A DNA stretch of 64,000 nucleotides, from contig NW_003314328.1 of the NCBI RefSeq assembly GCF_000143415.4, forward strand, positions 124,001-188,000, given 5' to 3'. Positions 1-12,442 of this stretch are shown in pieces. This DNA is from Selaginella moellendorffii. Lineage: Eukaryota; Plantae; Lycopodiophyta. The position numbers were made by a program, and so were the translations under genes. Below the pieces are notes generated by a model. The model saw only the letters and a program-made list of their open reading frames with translations. It was not told the origin of the DNA and ran no database searches. Within the stretch, counting starts at the first letter, position 1. Every line of letters begins with the position of its first letter.

Positions 1-1
1 G

Positions 2-658
2 TTCATCCACACGCGTGCTGCATCGCTTGGATTTGACGAACAAGACACTTCTCTCTGCAACGCTCTCTTGAACCTTTACACCAAATGTGGGAGCATGCAA
101 GACGCTATCGCCCTCTTTCACAAAATGCCCACTCCAAACCAGATCTCCTGGACTTGCACCATTGCAGGGTATGCTCAACAGGGGCATAGCACCGAAGCCC
201 TCGAGCTCTACCAAAAGATGGACTTGGAAGGCACCAAGCCCAACCAGGTAACACTTTTGGGAGTGCTCACGGCGTGCACACACGCCGGCCTGGTCGAGGA
301 TGGTATATACTACTACAATTCCATGGTATCCGACCATAACATCCAGCCCAAGGAAGAACACTACGGTAGCCTCATTGACATGCTCGCTAAAGCAGGATGG
401 CTGCAAGAAGCCGAGGCCCTGATCGAAACCCTGCCCTTTCACCCGTTCGCCGTGGCATGGACATCCCTCCTTGGGGCATCTTGCAACCACAAGGACGTTG
501 ATCGCGCCGAGCGAGTAGCAGCCAAAGCAATCGATCGAGAACCCGGCAATGCTGGTCCATACATTTGCCTGTCAAACATGTACGCGACGCTGGACCGACG
601 GGACGACGTCGCCCGCGTGAAGAAACTGATCGCCTCGCTCAAAGGTGGCGGACAATAA
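2..658 (+). CDS. PLS-class pentatricopeptide repeat protein with E domain, 3' part (5' end outside window)
   Basis: Frame is open from base 2 (FIHTRAASLGFDEQDTSLCNALLNLYTKCGS...). PLS motifs present: ISWTCTIAGYAQQG, VTLLGVLTACTHAGLVEDG, EHYGSLIDMLAKAG, AWTSLLGAS. E-domain YICLSNMYA; no DYW domain. Confidence 0.93.
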   Translation, partial: FIHTRAASLGFDEQDTSLCNALLNLYTKCGSMQDAIALFHKMPTPNQISWTCTIAGYAQQGHSTEALELYQKMDLEGTKPNQVTLLGVLTACTHAGLVEDGIYYYNSMVSDHNIQPKEEHYGSLIDMLAKAGWLQEAEALIETLPFHPFAVAWTSLLGASCNHKDVDRAERVAAKAIDREPGNAGPYICLSNMYATLDRRDDVARVKKLIASLKGGGQ

Positions 659-2042
659 CCATAAGCCCTAATAAACGTCTAGGGATTCGAACCCAACGCA
701 CGCAATGGCCACGTCACCGGCCCAGTTTCGAATTAACGATGCCAACTGTCTGCCCGCCAGCTGTGCGCCACTTAATAGTGTTTTGGCCGTACACTGCCGA
801 AAGTTAAAGGCCTGCTGCTCGCCAGCTGGCGGTGATGGCCATTCCCTGCGACCGGCTAGGTGTGCGTCCGGCGGGCACAGTGACCGCACCGCGGGTTGCC
901 GTACACCGCGCGGCGTCGTGTTCCTCCGTACACGCTGCCAAAGTTGTCGAGCATCTAAAAAAAAAAGAGGCCGGGCCAATTCCTCAAGGAATGGTGGCTG
1001 ACAACCACAAAGGCCATTAAGAAGTAGCTGGAGCGCCTGGTTTTTGTTTTTGTTTAGAAATGTTCTTCGTTTGTTGATGCTATTGCTAGTGCGATTGATC
1101 GGCAAGAGCCAACTGTTGCCCCGGGGGATCCCACGATATAGAAATAGAAACTTGGCCAGGTGGCTTCTAGAAGTTTGCGAAGGGAAATGGTAAACAAGAA
1201 GATCTCCGGAAGCCGCGATCTCGTGAAACAACGTGCACGAGAGTTGGATCAAGTCAAGGCTCTTTTCCCGGCTGATTGAAACAATCAAAACAACGCCACT
1301 CGCGAGAAGTTGCATGGGAAGGGTTCCAAAAGTCACCGCGATCGAACACGCGTGATCCACTCGCTCACGTTTGCTTGGCGCGAAAGAAAAACCAAAAAAA
1401 AAAAACAAACCATTCACATCATAGCATGATCCCTATGATTACAACAATGTTTGGTGACACGAGAAAAGGTGGCGAAACAAGAAAGCCCTCCCTACCCATG
1501 AACGGATCAATCACGCAATCATGCACAGGAAAAACACAAACACACGGGGTCAGAGCAAGCATCCTATGCTCTGAAGAGAATCATGCCAGGCATATTCGCC
1601 TCGGATTCCTCTGGTTTTGCCGCGTCATCCGTACGCCGCGGCTGCCGTGCGACCGGCGCCGCGGTGACCGACACCACGCGACGACGCGTTTAATGGCCAC
1701 AAAAACACACAAAGCGACCACCCTTCCTCGCTGGACTCGCTGCTTTTTCTCCATTCCCCTCTGGCTTTAATACCACCATAGCTTTAACCCTCTGAAAGAA
1801 AAGAGCTCGAGAGCTCGAGAGCTCGCGCGCACCAAGCCAAAGTTCTAGCTAGAGCGAAGGATCAAAGCGAGCAAAGCAAATCAGGGAAGCAAGCGAAGAA
1901 GAAGACGATCTCTTTCTCTCTCACTTTCGTTCTTCGAGCGAGCTAGATCTCTCTCACTCTCACAGGTGTTTGGAGCTCAAGAGCTCTCTCTCCCCTCTTT
2001 TCCAGAGCAGATCGAATCGCCCATCATCCAGGAAGCGGAGAA

Positions 2043-2267
2043 ATGGAGGCCGGGAAGGTGCTGAACAAGGTGCTCGCGGTGGTGATGTTGGTGGTGCTGT
2101 TGCTGGCGGTGGCGGAGGCCGCGCGCCTGACCAAGTCGTTTGGTGGCGGCGGCCTCGAGGTGGACGATCTCAGCCTGGAGCAGCAGCAGCAAGTCCTGGA
2201 TCTTGGTAGCCGCTTGGAGCACGCGACCCGGCAATTGCTCACGCAGGATCCATACCACACTTACTGA
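2043..2267 (+). CDS. Small secreted peptide precursor (74 aa)
   Basis: ATG in aaATGG context. Basic N-terminus, hydrophobic h-region (VLAVVMLVVLLLAV) and AEA cleavage site. GC3-rich codons; CT-rich 5' UTR at 1909-2000. Ends RQLL-TQDPYHTY*. Confidence 0.7.
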   Translation: MEAGKVLNKVLAVVMLVVLLLAVAEAARLTKSFGGGGLEVDDLSLEQQQQVLDLGSRLEHATRQLLTQDPYHTY

Positions 2268-2414
2268 TGATCATGATCATTCTTCCTTCGTCGCTCGTTC
2301 TTCGTTCGTTCGAGGTCTCTCTTTGAAATGAAAGTGGAAAAGAAAAAAAAAATTGTTCTCGTCGCGCTCTCTCCTCTCTATTCTCTCGATCTTCTCGGTC
2401 GATCTATCAGCTCG

Positions 2415-2456
2415 GCAGCAGCAGTATCAGCAGCAGCAGCAGCAGCAGTGGCAGCA
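2415..2456 (+). repeat. Imperfect (CAG)n microsatellite downstream of the peptide gene
   Basis: gcagcagcagtatcagcagcagcagcagcagcagtggcagca read directly. Confidence 0.85.
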
Positions 2457-4450
2457 AGAAAGAAAAGAAAGAAAACTCGTCTTTGGTGTGTTCGTCATAA
2501 AAGACATTCGGATCAAGAGGGCGGAGGGATCGATCGCTCCATAGCCGATGCTTGTTCTTCGAGGTTCTCTCGATTGGGTTTCCAGCCGGCATTCTTGCTA
2601 CTGTGAAGAGATTCTCTCTCTCTCTCTTGGTTGGGTATGTTCTTTCTCTTTTGGTTTGTGGGTCTAGTTAGGCTCTTTAGATCTTGCGGGGGCGACGAGG
2701 GGGCTCGCGGGAAGCTACATTCTCTAATGTAGCTTCGTTCCTGGCGGGCATTTGTAGCATCTCTTCTTTTGCCACACTCTGGCATCAATAAGGAACTTTG
2801 GTTCTCTCCAGATCTCCAGATCTCCAAATCCATGGCGTTCTTCCTTCTTGGGCTGTTTCTAACTTGGGTCTTGCAGATCTGGCAGGCGAGCTCCACGCTT
2901 CCCTCGCGTCTCGCCAGGAGTTCTTAAAGATCTGGGCGTGGATAACAGGTTCGTTCCCATCAATCCCGCGAGTGAGTAGTAAGTTTGCAGTGGGTTTCTA
3001 GCACGAAAGGCACGAGAGCAACCGGTCCCCCGTGGAAGTTTGGTGGGTGTTCTTAGTGTTGTTCGTTCGATCGGTGGTTCGTTCACATGATGGTCGAGAG
3101 AGATTGTTGCTCGCTCCACCACAATCCATCGCTCGATCGTCTCGATCGCTTTTGATTTCCATGGTGCCTCTATATTGATTAGCTCTGTAGCTTATAGCAG
3201 CTCCAAATGGCAGGCAAGCTTCTCTATAGAGCGATGTGATCGCCTTAAAAAACTCTTTCCAAAGCTAGCTTGTTTGATCAATCACGAGGAGAAAGAATTC
3301 TTCTTTGTCACCATCGCGATAAAAAGAAAAGCTCACGAGATCAAGCTATAGTAGAGAACTTTTTCTAGCGTATTCTCTCGTACGTACCGGCCAGCGTATG
3401 GCTACAGTACATTTATTTCTCCCATCTCCTCTTTAGCCAGCTCACAGGAGCAAAGACATAAACAAAGCTTTTGTCGACATCGCCGAGTGAAAGAGCGACC
3501 AGAGCTGCGCAGCTACTTCTTAATCCAAAGCCATCTCTCGCGAGCTCTTTTGTCCACAACCTCTTTGCGATTCCCCTCTAACGAGGAAAATTCCACTGCA
3601 AAAATCAAGCTCTTTAGTCGCGAACTAAGCTATGGAGGCGTGGCGATTCCTTCCAGCTTGTCCGCTTACACTGTGTAATTGGGCGATGGAAATACGAGCT
3701 GGATCGCGCAGCCTTACTTCCAAAACAGCCAGCCAGCACATACTTTCTCGCTTTTCTTTTTTCTAAGCTTCACGGTCTTGTCTCGTGCTAGAGCTCTTCG
3801 TACCTTTTAACCAGCGCTGGAACAAACATCATGGCGATCACGTTCCATGATCTCGCAATTTGTGCAAGAGATCGATTTCATTTGAAACTGTGCTGAAAGC
3901 AAAGCTTACTTGGGGGTGTAACACGTTCTTCGTCTCAAACTTCCAGGAAGATCCCCGCTCTGGAGTTTTTTTGTAGCTCCCTTGCCAATCTCCATCCCGG
4001 CCAGCCAAGCCATCTTCTCTGGACTTCTGTCACAACACAATGAGAGGCGTTAGCGAGGGCATTCAAGGATTTTTGTCGCTGTCCTGCTTAGCTTCCTAAA
4101 GACAGAGACAAGCAGCTCTACTACTTAATCCAAACATTCTCAAGGCAAAAAAGTTCCTGTCCAGACCTCTGTGGTGCCTTTGCTCAGACGCAACCGGGTT
4201 TCACAAGCTGGATGGATCGAAGTGAACGGGGAGGGGGCCTCCAAGTTGTCGGCTTTCACCAGAATAATTGCTGGAAGCGGGCAGACTTATTTCCAAAATA
4301 GCCAGCTGCCACACCCGAAGAATAAAGCCACAGTCAGTCCAGTTACCAAGTGTTTCGCTCAGGCCATACCTCGGGGCAACGTATCTCTCCTTCTTTCTCG
4401 CTGGCATTGTGCTTGCGAGGAGCACGACCTCTCTCCCCAGGTGGATCTTC

Positions 4451-6482
4451 TCACGTCCCAGGATCCTGTACCATCTACATAACGAAAACGAAAGCGTTGT
4501 ACCATCTACCACCAGAGGTCGAAATCCCACATACCTCTGGCTCCGGGGAGGGAGAACCGGTAACGCTGGATGGCTGTTTTCTTTCGGCTTGAAGGATCCT
4601 GCAGAGTGCCTCAAGCTTCTTCTTTTGGTTTGTGGTCGTCTCAAGCTGCTTCTTCAGCGAGCCACGCTGCGAGGAAACAAACGTCGTAAAACACAAGATC
4701 GAGCCGTTACTGCCAACTTTCTTACCTCGTCCAAGAGCTCAATGAGAGATACATCACATTGTTGGCATTTCTTTTTGAGCGAGAGGTTTTCCTTTTCCAA
4801 CGTCCTTATCGTTTTAGACATCTGCAAGGAAGAAATCACATTTCTGTAACTTAAAATATGGCAACGTAACCTTTTCCATCTCTTGTTTGAAGGACGCAAA
4901 CACCTCATTACTCTTAGTCAGTGTGTCCTGCTCAAAGCCAATATGTTTTAGTTAAACATAGGATTTCGACCAATACCTGAAACTGCTCAAACTTGTCACC
5001 GTAGAGCGCCAGCTGCGAACGGAGATCTTGTTCTGTTAACAGCAGCTGTGAAATTTGCTCGGTATAAGCTCGTGCTTTCGCTTCTTCCTGTACGAAACGT
5101 TCCTGCTGTTGCTTCAGCTTTACTTCCAAAAGCTGATGTTCAAGCACCTTTGTCCGGAGCTACAAGTCGCAAAAGAAAAAGATGTAAAACGATTTAAACG
5201 TGAGGAAAAGGAGCGTGTACCTGGTGAGAGAAATGCTCCTCTCTTACTTCGTATTGCTGCGTGAAGTGCTTGAGCTTCTCACGCAATCTACAAGACAGCC
5301 TCCCACGTTAAGATAGGAGCTTGCAAAATAAAAACATACATTTCATTTTCCTTGACCTGCCGTATCCGGTCGTCGCCTTGTTCATCCAGTTTCAATGATA
5401 TTTCCTGAAAGTAAGTGATGCTCGTCAACAATCAACTTCAAATGAGAGCCAACCTTGATCGTGTTATGAAACTTAGTTGACAGCTCCTGTCGTCGCTGCT
5501 GTTCCTCTGAGGCAATCTTCTTGCTCTCGTCCTGAATGAAGAAGATGATTGTTTAATAAGATTGGCTTTGAGCTAGATTTGTACGCGTACCAAAAGGATC
5601 TTGTTTTGCCGTTGAAGCTCCCGACACAATGATTCCAACTTTTGACGAATTAGAACGCTCTTATTTAAATCGCCAGACACTGCAAAGAAAAACAAAAGAA
5701 GAAATGGTTGGTTATCAAAAGCAGTGATTATATATACTCACAAGCAGCTCTGTTGGCATTCTCTAGAAGGAGCTTCTGGCGTAGAACACCAGACTCCTTT
5801 TCAAGCTGCTCTATCTCAACCAACTACACACAAACACCCAAGAGTTTCGAAAGTCCACCAAAAACAGTGAGCCTGACCTGTTGGAAGTACTTCGTTTGTA
5901 GCAGCTCCAGTTTCTCCTCGGCATTCTTGTCTGTAGACTCCAACAAGAGCTTGATTTCCTTCATTCGACACTTCCGCGATTTCGAAGCTTCCGAAAATCC
6001 TGCAAACGCTGTATGCATTACAAGAACTCACGAGAGGAAGAAGGAGAAAAACAACCAAAGAAAAAACACTTACTTCCATCCTTCACCAAAACCTCCTCTC
6101 CATTGCTCTCCGCGTTGCTACTTGGAAGAGAATTATCAGAGAGTGGAACTGGAAATCTCCGCAGCCTTTCAGCTTCTTTATCCGCCCTCAAGTCAACCGA
6201 AAAATCGCCCATCTCTGTCGTGGACACCGCTACATCGTCCACCATTTGCTCCTTGCGCGAGGGACTGCCGAGACCGCGGGGCGACGGCACGTAGGGGCCA
6301 GAATCGTCTAGCTGGAGCGGCGGCGCCGGTGGCGCATTTTGCTGCGAATTCGAGACCTCGGAGAATCCATCCGGCAGAGCCGGGAGGAGTTGGCCAGCCA
6401 GGGATTGCGACGAGGAGGATGCCTCCCCTACGGTGAACCCATCAGGCAGCGATTCCGCTTCCGGGAGCCGGGCAGCTGCCAT
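4451..6482 (-). CDS. Taxilin family (beta-taxilin-like) coiled-coil protein, multi-exon
   Basis: N-terminus MAAARLPEAESLPDGF resembles plant taxilin N-termini. Exons encode KLESLCRELQRQNK, LRSQLALYGDKFEQFQ, MSKTIRTLEKENLSLKKK and KKKLEALCRILQAER, separated by short GT-AG introns. Probable last intron 4475-4534; last exon MVQDPGT* at 4451-4474. Confidence 0.88.
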
Positions 6483-7337
6483 GAAATCGACTAAGAACCC
6501 TAACACTTCCTAGGTATAACCTAGGTATAATCTTGTGTTAAAACGCGGAGTGTCCAGAGAGAGGAGCACATCTAGCTGGTGGCAAAGCATAAAGTTTTGA
6601 GCAGATTCCTGCCAGTTTCAGTGTGGTTTGTGATCTGCCAGTGGAAACATGTTTGCCTGCATATATGTAGTGGAGTATAGTTCTTGCTATTCTTTAGCAT
6701 AGGTGACAATGGTCTTATAGCTGGAATTCAAGGGGTTTTTCTTAAGTTTAAGATCTTGGTTGAGCTAAGAAGCACAGGCTCCTATGGATGTAGTTAGAGA
6801 CCTTTTGGACACCTAGGAGGGGAGGTGCAATGCTATAACCAACAGCCATGACACCTTTGTGGAACCTCTCTGCTGTCATGTTTTGGAGTTTCATTAAACA
6901 GAATCTTAAACAGGCTGTGTGGCATATGGTTGGATTTCTCATCTGATTATCGTGCCCATCCTTTCTTTGAAAATGGTGCTAGAAGTTTGCTGAGATATGT
7001 TCTTTGTTGTAAGGGCTTTAGATGCCCGTTTTGGGTGCTTGTCTGGTTCAAAATTTAACTCAAATGGAGCAAGAATGTTTGGGCCAGAGAACAGACACCA
7101 TTTATGTTATGATTCGGCGCAAAAAGACAAAAATCTAGTCATCCTAGACTATATTACACCACCTTTTGAGGTTCCTCACCACCTAACCATCCCTAAGCTA
7201 CCTCAAAAGCTCTACTGTGCCGCCGTTCCACTGTGAGCCCTAGGGTAAGTTAAGTCCTTTACCCTAACATGCCTTAATATACCCTTGAGCCTCCTTTTGA
7301 CCGAAGTTGACCACATGGTCAAAGCTGGCACTAACAA

Positions 7338-7349
7338 TTCTCCCCCCCC
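7338..7349 (-). promoter_or_regulatory. Polypurine tract of the gypsy element
   Basis: Minus strand reads GGGGGGGGAGAA-T-TGTTAG just after the integrase ORF ends. Confidence 0.75.
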
Positions 7350-7387
7350 AATAAAGTCTTTGTCCCCAGAACGAGTTGTACCGGTGA

Positions 7388-10300
7388 TCACCCTTCCACA
7401 ATCGTATACATCAAAGAGGCATTGAGCCTGTCACTTCGAGATAGTACACCTTTCAACTGGCTGACATAAAATACCAGATGAATTTTCACCCCAGCTAGCA
7501 GCTGCACCCAATAAGCCGCTTTACTAATGCACTCTAGCACTTCATATGGACTAGCATATCGATAGGAAAGTTTATCACTCTTCCCTGTCCATAAAGGCAC
7601 TAAGGTGTTCCATTGCTCACTTGATGGAAAGATCACCCGCACAAAAACGAGATCACCCACCTTATATTCCTGAAATTGGCAATGCTCATTGGCAAACTTC
7701 TCTGCTCTATCCTGAGCTGTTTGCAAATTCTGTTTGCACACCACCAGAATCTCATCAAGTTCTGTGGCCAGATCAGCTGCCTCAGCATCAAACTTATCTT
7801 GAACGTCCTTACTCAAATGCAATCCCAACTCCACCGTTGTTCGAGGATGCTTTCCAAATATGGCGAAGTAAGGACTTAGCTTGGTTCCACTGTGTTGGCT
7901 ATTGTTGTAAGCAAATTGCACTAACGGAAGATATAAACCCACTATCCTTGCCTTTGACTAATGCTACAATGTAGCATATCCTCCACCACCTGATTCACAA
8001 GCTTGGTTTGCCCATCCGTCTAAGGATGATCTCCACTCGAGAATTTCAAAATCTCTTGTATAGCCTTTGCAAAGCTTTTCCAAAATCCACTGGTGAACTT
8101 TGAATCTCGATCACTAATGATTTCATTTGGCAAACCAAAATCAGGAAAAACCTTCTCCAAGTAAACCACAGCCAAGTCTGAGGCAGTGACAGTCTTTCAA
8201 AGAGCCAACAACTGCACATACTTCGTCAATTGATCCATTATGACCCATACTTGCTCCTTTTGCCTCTGTGTTCATGGCAAACAAGTGATGAAGTCCATAG
8301 AGATATTACACCAATGGCTCTGAGGAATAGGTAAAGGTTGCAAAAGTCCCCTTGGCTTCTCCCATGGCACCTTAACCCGCTAACAAAGCTTGCATGATTT
8401 ACAATACTTGAGGATATCAACCTTTATATTCCTTCAATAAAAGTTGCGTTTAATCAACTCATATATCTTCTTCCCCCAAAATGATCAGCCTCTGAACGAT
8501 CATGATAGTGGAATAAAATTTGAGTAATTAACGCATCCACCAGTGGGAAATATATATAGCCATTGTAGTAGAGAATCCCATTCACCAATGAGAAAGGGGC
8601 TTCTATCTGGTCTTGCAAAGAGGCCACCTCAATATCTTGAGCTTGAGCATGCTCAACCAACTACCCAAACTCGCTGACCACCTTACTCAAATGATGACAA
8701 AATCATGTTTGTAACGTCGCCACATGACGAACAAGAGATAAAGCATCCGCCACCACATTTGATTTTCCCGGATAATGCTCAATAGGAAACTCCCCAAACT
8801 CTATGAGTTTGACCATCCAACGAGCTTGCCTAGTGTTCAACTCCTTCTGTGTGAAAAGATACATAAGTGGTTTGTGATCTGTCAACACTATGAACAATGC
8901 ACCATAAAGATAGTGCCGCCACGTTCGCAAAGCATGAACAATAAAGAGTAACTCTTGCTCATATATGGAATAGCATTGCTCTGCGGAATTCAAAATTCGA
9001 CTCTCATATGCAATAGGCTATCCTTCTTGCATGAGAACTCCCAGTGCATAACCACTCGCATCGCATGTCACCTCATAAGGTTTCGATGGATCAGCAATGT
9101 GAAGCACTGGAGTCTCGCTCAACAATCGTTTCAACGCCACAAAACTCTCCTCTTATGGCTTCTTCCACTCGAATGGCACATTCTTGTGTAACAACCGTGT
9201 CAAAGAAATAGCCACCTTTGCAATCCTATGTTGGAAACGTCGGTAGTAACTAGCCATACCAAGGAAACTACGCAACTCAGCCACTGTAGTCGGTGTAGGC
9301 CAGTTTTCCACCATAGCCACCTTCCTTGGATCTGTCTTGACACCTTTAGATGTCACAATATGGCCTAGATATTCCACCTCCGACTTTGCAAATTCATATT
9401 TGCTCTTCTTCACATAAAGTTTGCTGTCTCGGAGTAACAAAAGAACCTTGCGCAAATGCACCTTATGCTCCTCCATATTTTTGCTAAAAAGAAGAATATC
9501 GTCTAGGAAAATCTCCACAAACTCATGAACATAACGCCCAAATACCTCCGTCATCAACCGAGTAAATATGGCTGGTGCATTCATCAAACTAAACGGTATA
9601 ACTGGAAACTCAAAATGTCCAAAGCTTGTGTTAAATGCCATCTTGGAGATAGATGCATCATCCATTGCAATCTGATGATATCCACTCCTCAGATCAATCT
9701 TGGTAAACACTCGTGCTTCACCAAGCTTGTCTAAGATATCATCTATATGTGGCATCGGCATCTTATCCTTCATTGTCTTTTTGTTCAAAACGCGGTAGTC
9801 AATATATATTCACATTGAATTGTCCTTCTTCTTCACAAGCAAGACTGGAGCACCAAATGAAGACTTACTTGGCTGAATAAATCCAAATTCAAGTAACTCC
9901 TTGACTTGTCATTGAACTTCTTGCTCCTCCACATAACTTAATTGAAATGGACGCTGGTAAATTGGCCGCGTCCCTAGCTCCAATGTAATCCCATGCTCCA
10001 CACCTCGTAACAGAGGCAATCTATGAGGAAGTTCAGATGGAAAAACATCAGAAAACTTGTCAAGTACATCCCATACTGCTGCTTCTCCCCCATACGTGCT
10101 TTAGTCCCCCAAGTCACGAACAAACAGCAAGTAACTTGAAAGTGCTTTTCCATTACGACAAACCCACTTTAAAGATGTAGCAGAGAGTATAACAACTGGT
10201 GGCTGAATGCCCTCGCCAAATCACACATTTTTAACGCCACCATACTCCAGCAAGATACGCTTAATACTCCACTTTATCTTTGGATCCACCTTCACTAACC

Positions 10301-11107
10301 ATGGCATCCCAAGAATGAAATCTACACGATGGATATTCGAGAGATAAAAAGTCTCCACAAGTGTGGTTTTGCCAACCAACACTTCCAGCCCCTCGACACA
10401 AGCATCGAAATGCTGAGGAGAGTTAGCTGCACCGTCCACTGTGTATGGAAGAACTCCACGTGTGACCAGGCTATGCTCCGCAACAAACTTTGCCGAAACA
10501 AAGTTGTCATCGCTCCCACTATCCAATAAAATCCGCACTGGATCGCCACAGAACACGCCCTCCAGCATTAAAGTTGATTCACGTGTATCCTCAAGCTCTA
10601 TCTTGTTCCACACACAGTTGAGCTGACGAGCAACGATCAAAAGTCTCTTCCTCTGATTGGAATGGTTGTTTTCGTCATCCTCACGCTGCAAAGTTTGCAA
10701 CTTTTTGGTATCTGACTTACTGTGAGAAGAAGATTGGCCATTCTTCTTGTCCTGCTCCTTATTCTTCAATTGCGGAAAATCAGCCTTGTAGTGTCCAAGT
10801 TTGCCGCAATGATGACAACCCTATCTATAATTCTTCACAAAGAACTTCTGGTTCTTGGACCCCTTTGCATCCGAAGTAGTCACCACCGACTTCAACTTGT
10901 GACGCTTGTTCCCATCCTTGTGTCCATGGCGATCATCATGACAATTCTTGACAGAAAGACTCCGCAAACGCTTGCGAGACTTGTGCTTGTCATTGTCAAG
11001 TCAACAAGCCGCATCAAAGAGCTCTTCCAAACTCTTTGTAGGCTGAGAATGATGCAAGTGTTGCCGCATGCTCTCACTATGTAAGCCATCAATGAAGTAG
11101 GACTTGT
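7388..11107 (-). pseudogene. Chromovirus-type gag-pol remnant (zinc knuckle, protease, RT, RNase H, integrase) with stops and frameshifts
   Basis: CHHCGKLGHYKADFP knuckle; LLDSGSDDNFV protease; FTKIDLRSGYHQI and IFLDDILLFS (RT); YSIYEQELLFIVHALRTWRHYL and TDHKPL (RH); QFAYNNSQHSGTKLSPY and GPY-like RYASPYEVL (INT). Confidence 0.92.
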
Positions 11108-11884
11108 CCTCTTTCCTGGACTCCACCAACTCCTGGAGTAGTTTGTCATGGTGTGATTGCTGCTGAAGAATGATCTCCTTCAGCTACCGCATTTCATTGG
11201 CAAAGTTCTCAAGAGCCGGAGGCATATGCTCAATAGTGACGGGCTTTGGTGTGGATGGGCGAACAACTGCACAGGGTGACTCTAACAGGATGATGGCTTG
11301 GTCGAAATCAACTCTAGCAATCCCCAGGTCGACTAGAAGCTTTCTTTCCAGCTTCATGGCAAATGAAAATGCCTCGCAGCAAGATTGGAATGTCTTCTTG
11401 AGAAGTTTCCGCTGCAAGTTCCCATGCAGACTTGCTATGAATGCCGTGATCCTTTGTTGCTCATCTTGGACTACTCTACAATCCCAACACTACTTCCAGT
11501 AAGCTCGAAACTGTGTGATGTAGTCAGGAACAGACTCGTGAGCACCTTGCTGGAATGAAAAGAGGTCGACAAGTAGCCGATTTGTGGGTTTTCCTCAACG
11601 AAGCATTCTCTAAAAGAAACAAGTAGTGTCTGGAAGTCTGTCTAGTCCTCTAGGAGGAGAGAATCTACCTTCAAGAGCCTTCAAGAGACTGCAAGAAGTC
11701 GCGGCACATACGATCATTATCATCGATCATGTTTGTGGTGCAGTAGTAATCAAAGCGACTGATATGTGATGTTGGAGAGACTGTTCCCACACCTGAGAAG
11801 GTCAGCAGATCACTCCTCTTCTACAAAACATGGAGCTGAGGTTGAGCTAAAGGTGGCTGCGCCATAGCTCGTAGATCTAAGTCA
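11107..11884 (-). repeat. Tat-family leader and gag 5' segment, paralogous to 35226-35880 (currently inverted)
   Basis: Both encode LLKKTF..C.EAFSFA.KLER.LLVDLGIARVDFDQAII..ESPC...RPSTPKP.TIEH.P..LENFANE. Homology starts at tgacttagatcta in both copies. Confidence 0.9.
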
Positions 11885-12106
11885 TTGGAATTTGCCAAGG
11901 ATGAAGAGGACTCGGCCCGAGAAGGTGCAGTGACCTAAGTTGCCTTTGGATGTTAGAAAGTTTACTCCATACCTTAGGGCCTTGAGGTATGGTAAAAGGG
12001 TGCCAATTTGTCGCATGTCTAGTTTGTATCGGCATCAAATACCCTGAATATTGCAAATGCCCAGTCAAGGCAACTGGGTTGACAAGAACAATAAGACTGT
12101 AGGCTA

Positions 12107-12442
12107 ATGCTCAAGTTGCTCAAAGTTGCCCAAAATGCTTGTGACGAAGAGGAATAAGGGTGAAAATGGAGATGTAGGCCTCAAGCACACATAACCATTG
12201 ACCCATGGGGTAATCGCCGAAGTAGCCACTAGAGTAGCCAGTAACCGGTAACTGGGGAGGGGCACCTCCCCCAACGCTCGTTCAAACACGAGAAATGCTT
12301 CAATGCCCTTCACAAAATGCCTCCCCCCCCCCACCTTGCCCTTATGGGGCAAGGGTTTTATACAAGGAAGATGGGGAATATTTTGAGAACCAGAATATTT
12401 CCTCTCTCTCTCTCTCACTTTCTCGGTAGGCACACCCTAACA
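12107..12442 (-). repeat. LTR-like segment homologous to 30340-30470, 31330-31450 and 57800-57857
   Basis: Shares gagaaatgcttcaatg...atacaaggaagatggggaatatt...ctctctctctcact...ccctaaca and gtaggcctcaagcacac with those segments. Confidence 0.7.

Larger units (their letters stand above)
7105..12442 (-). mobile_element. Degenerate, apparently chimeric Ty3/gypsy LTR retrotransposon (Tat-family LTR, leader and gag start joined to chromovirus-type gag-pol)
   Basis: LTR-like start TGTTAGGG at 12442, then gag-PR-RT-RH-INT remnants. PPT GGGGGGGGAGAA at 7338-7349 is followed by TGTTAG at 7336. The left LTR edge is uncertain (7105, possibly ~6536). Confidence 0.75.

Noticed and set aside
668-1770. ORFs 668-1417 (-) and 1276-1770 (+)
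   Set aside because: No recognisable motifs and they cross poly-A/T tracts; this is probably intergenic or promoter DNA.
3509-3532. miR159/319-like sequence (TTTGGATT...AGCT on the minus strand; also 4112-4135)
   Set aside because: Too many differences from UUUGGAUUGAAGGGAGCUCUA and no evident precursor hairpin.
4171-6436. Plus-strand ORFs 4268-4849 and 5708-6436
   Set aside because: Antisense to taxilin exons and introns, with no independent coding signal.
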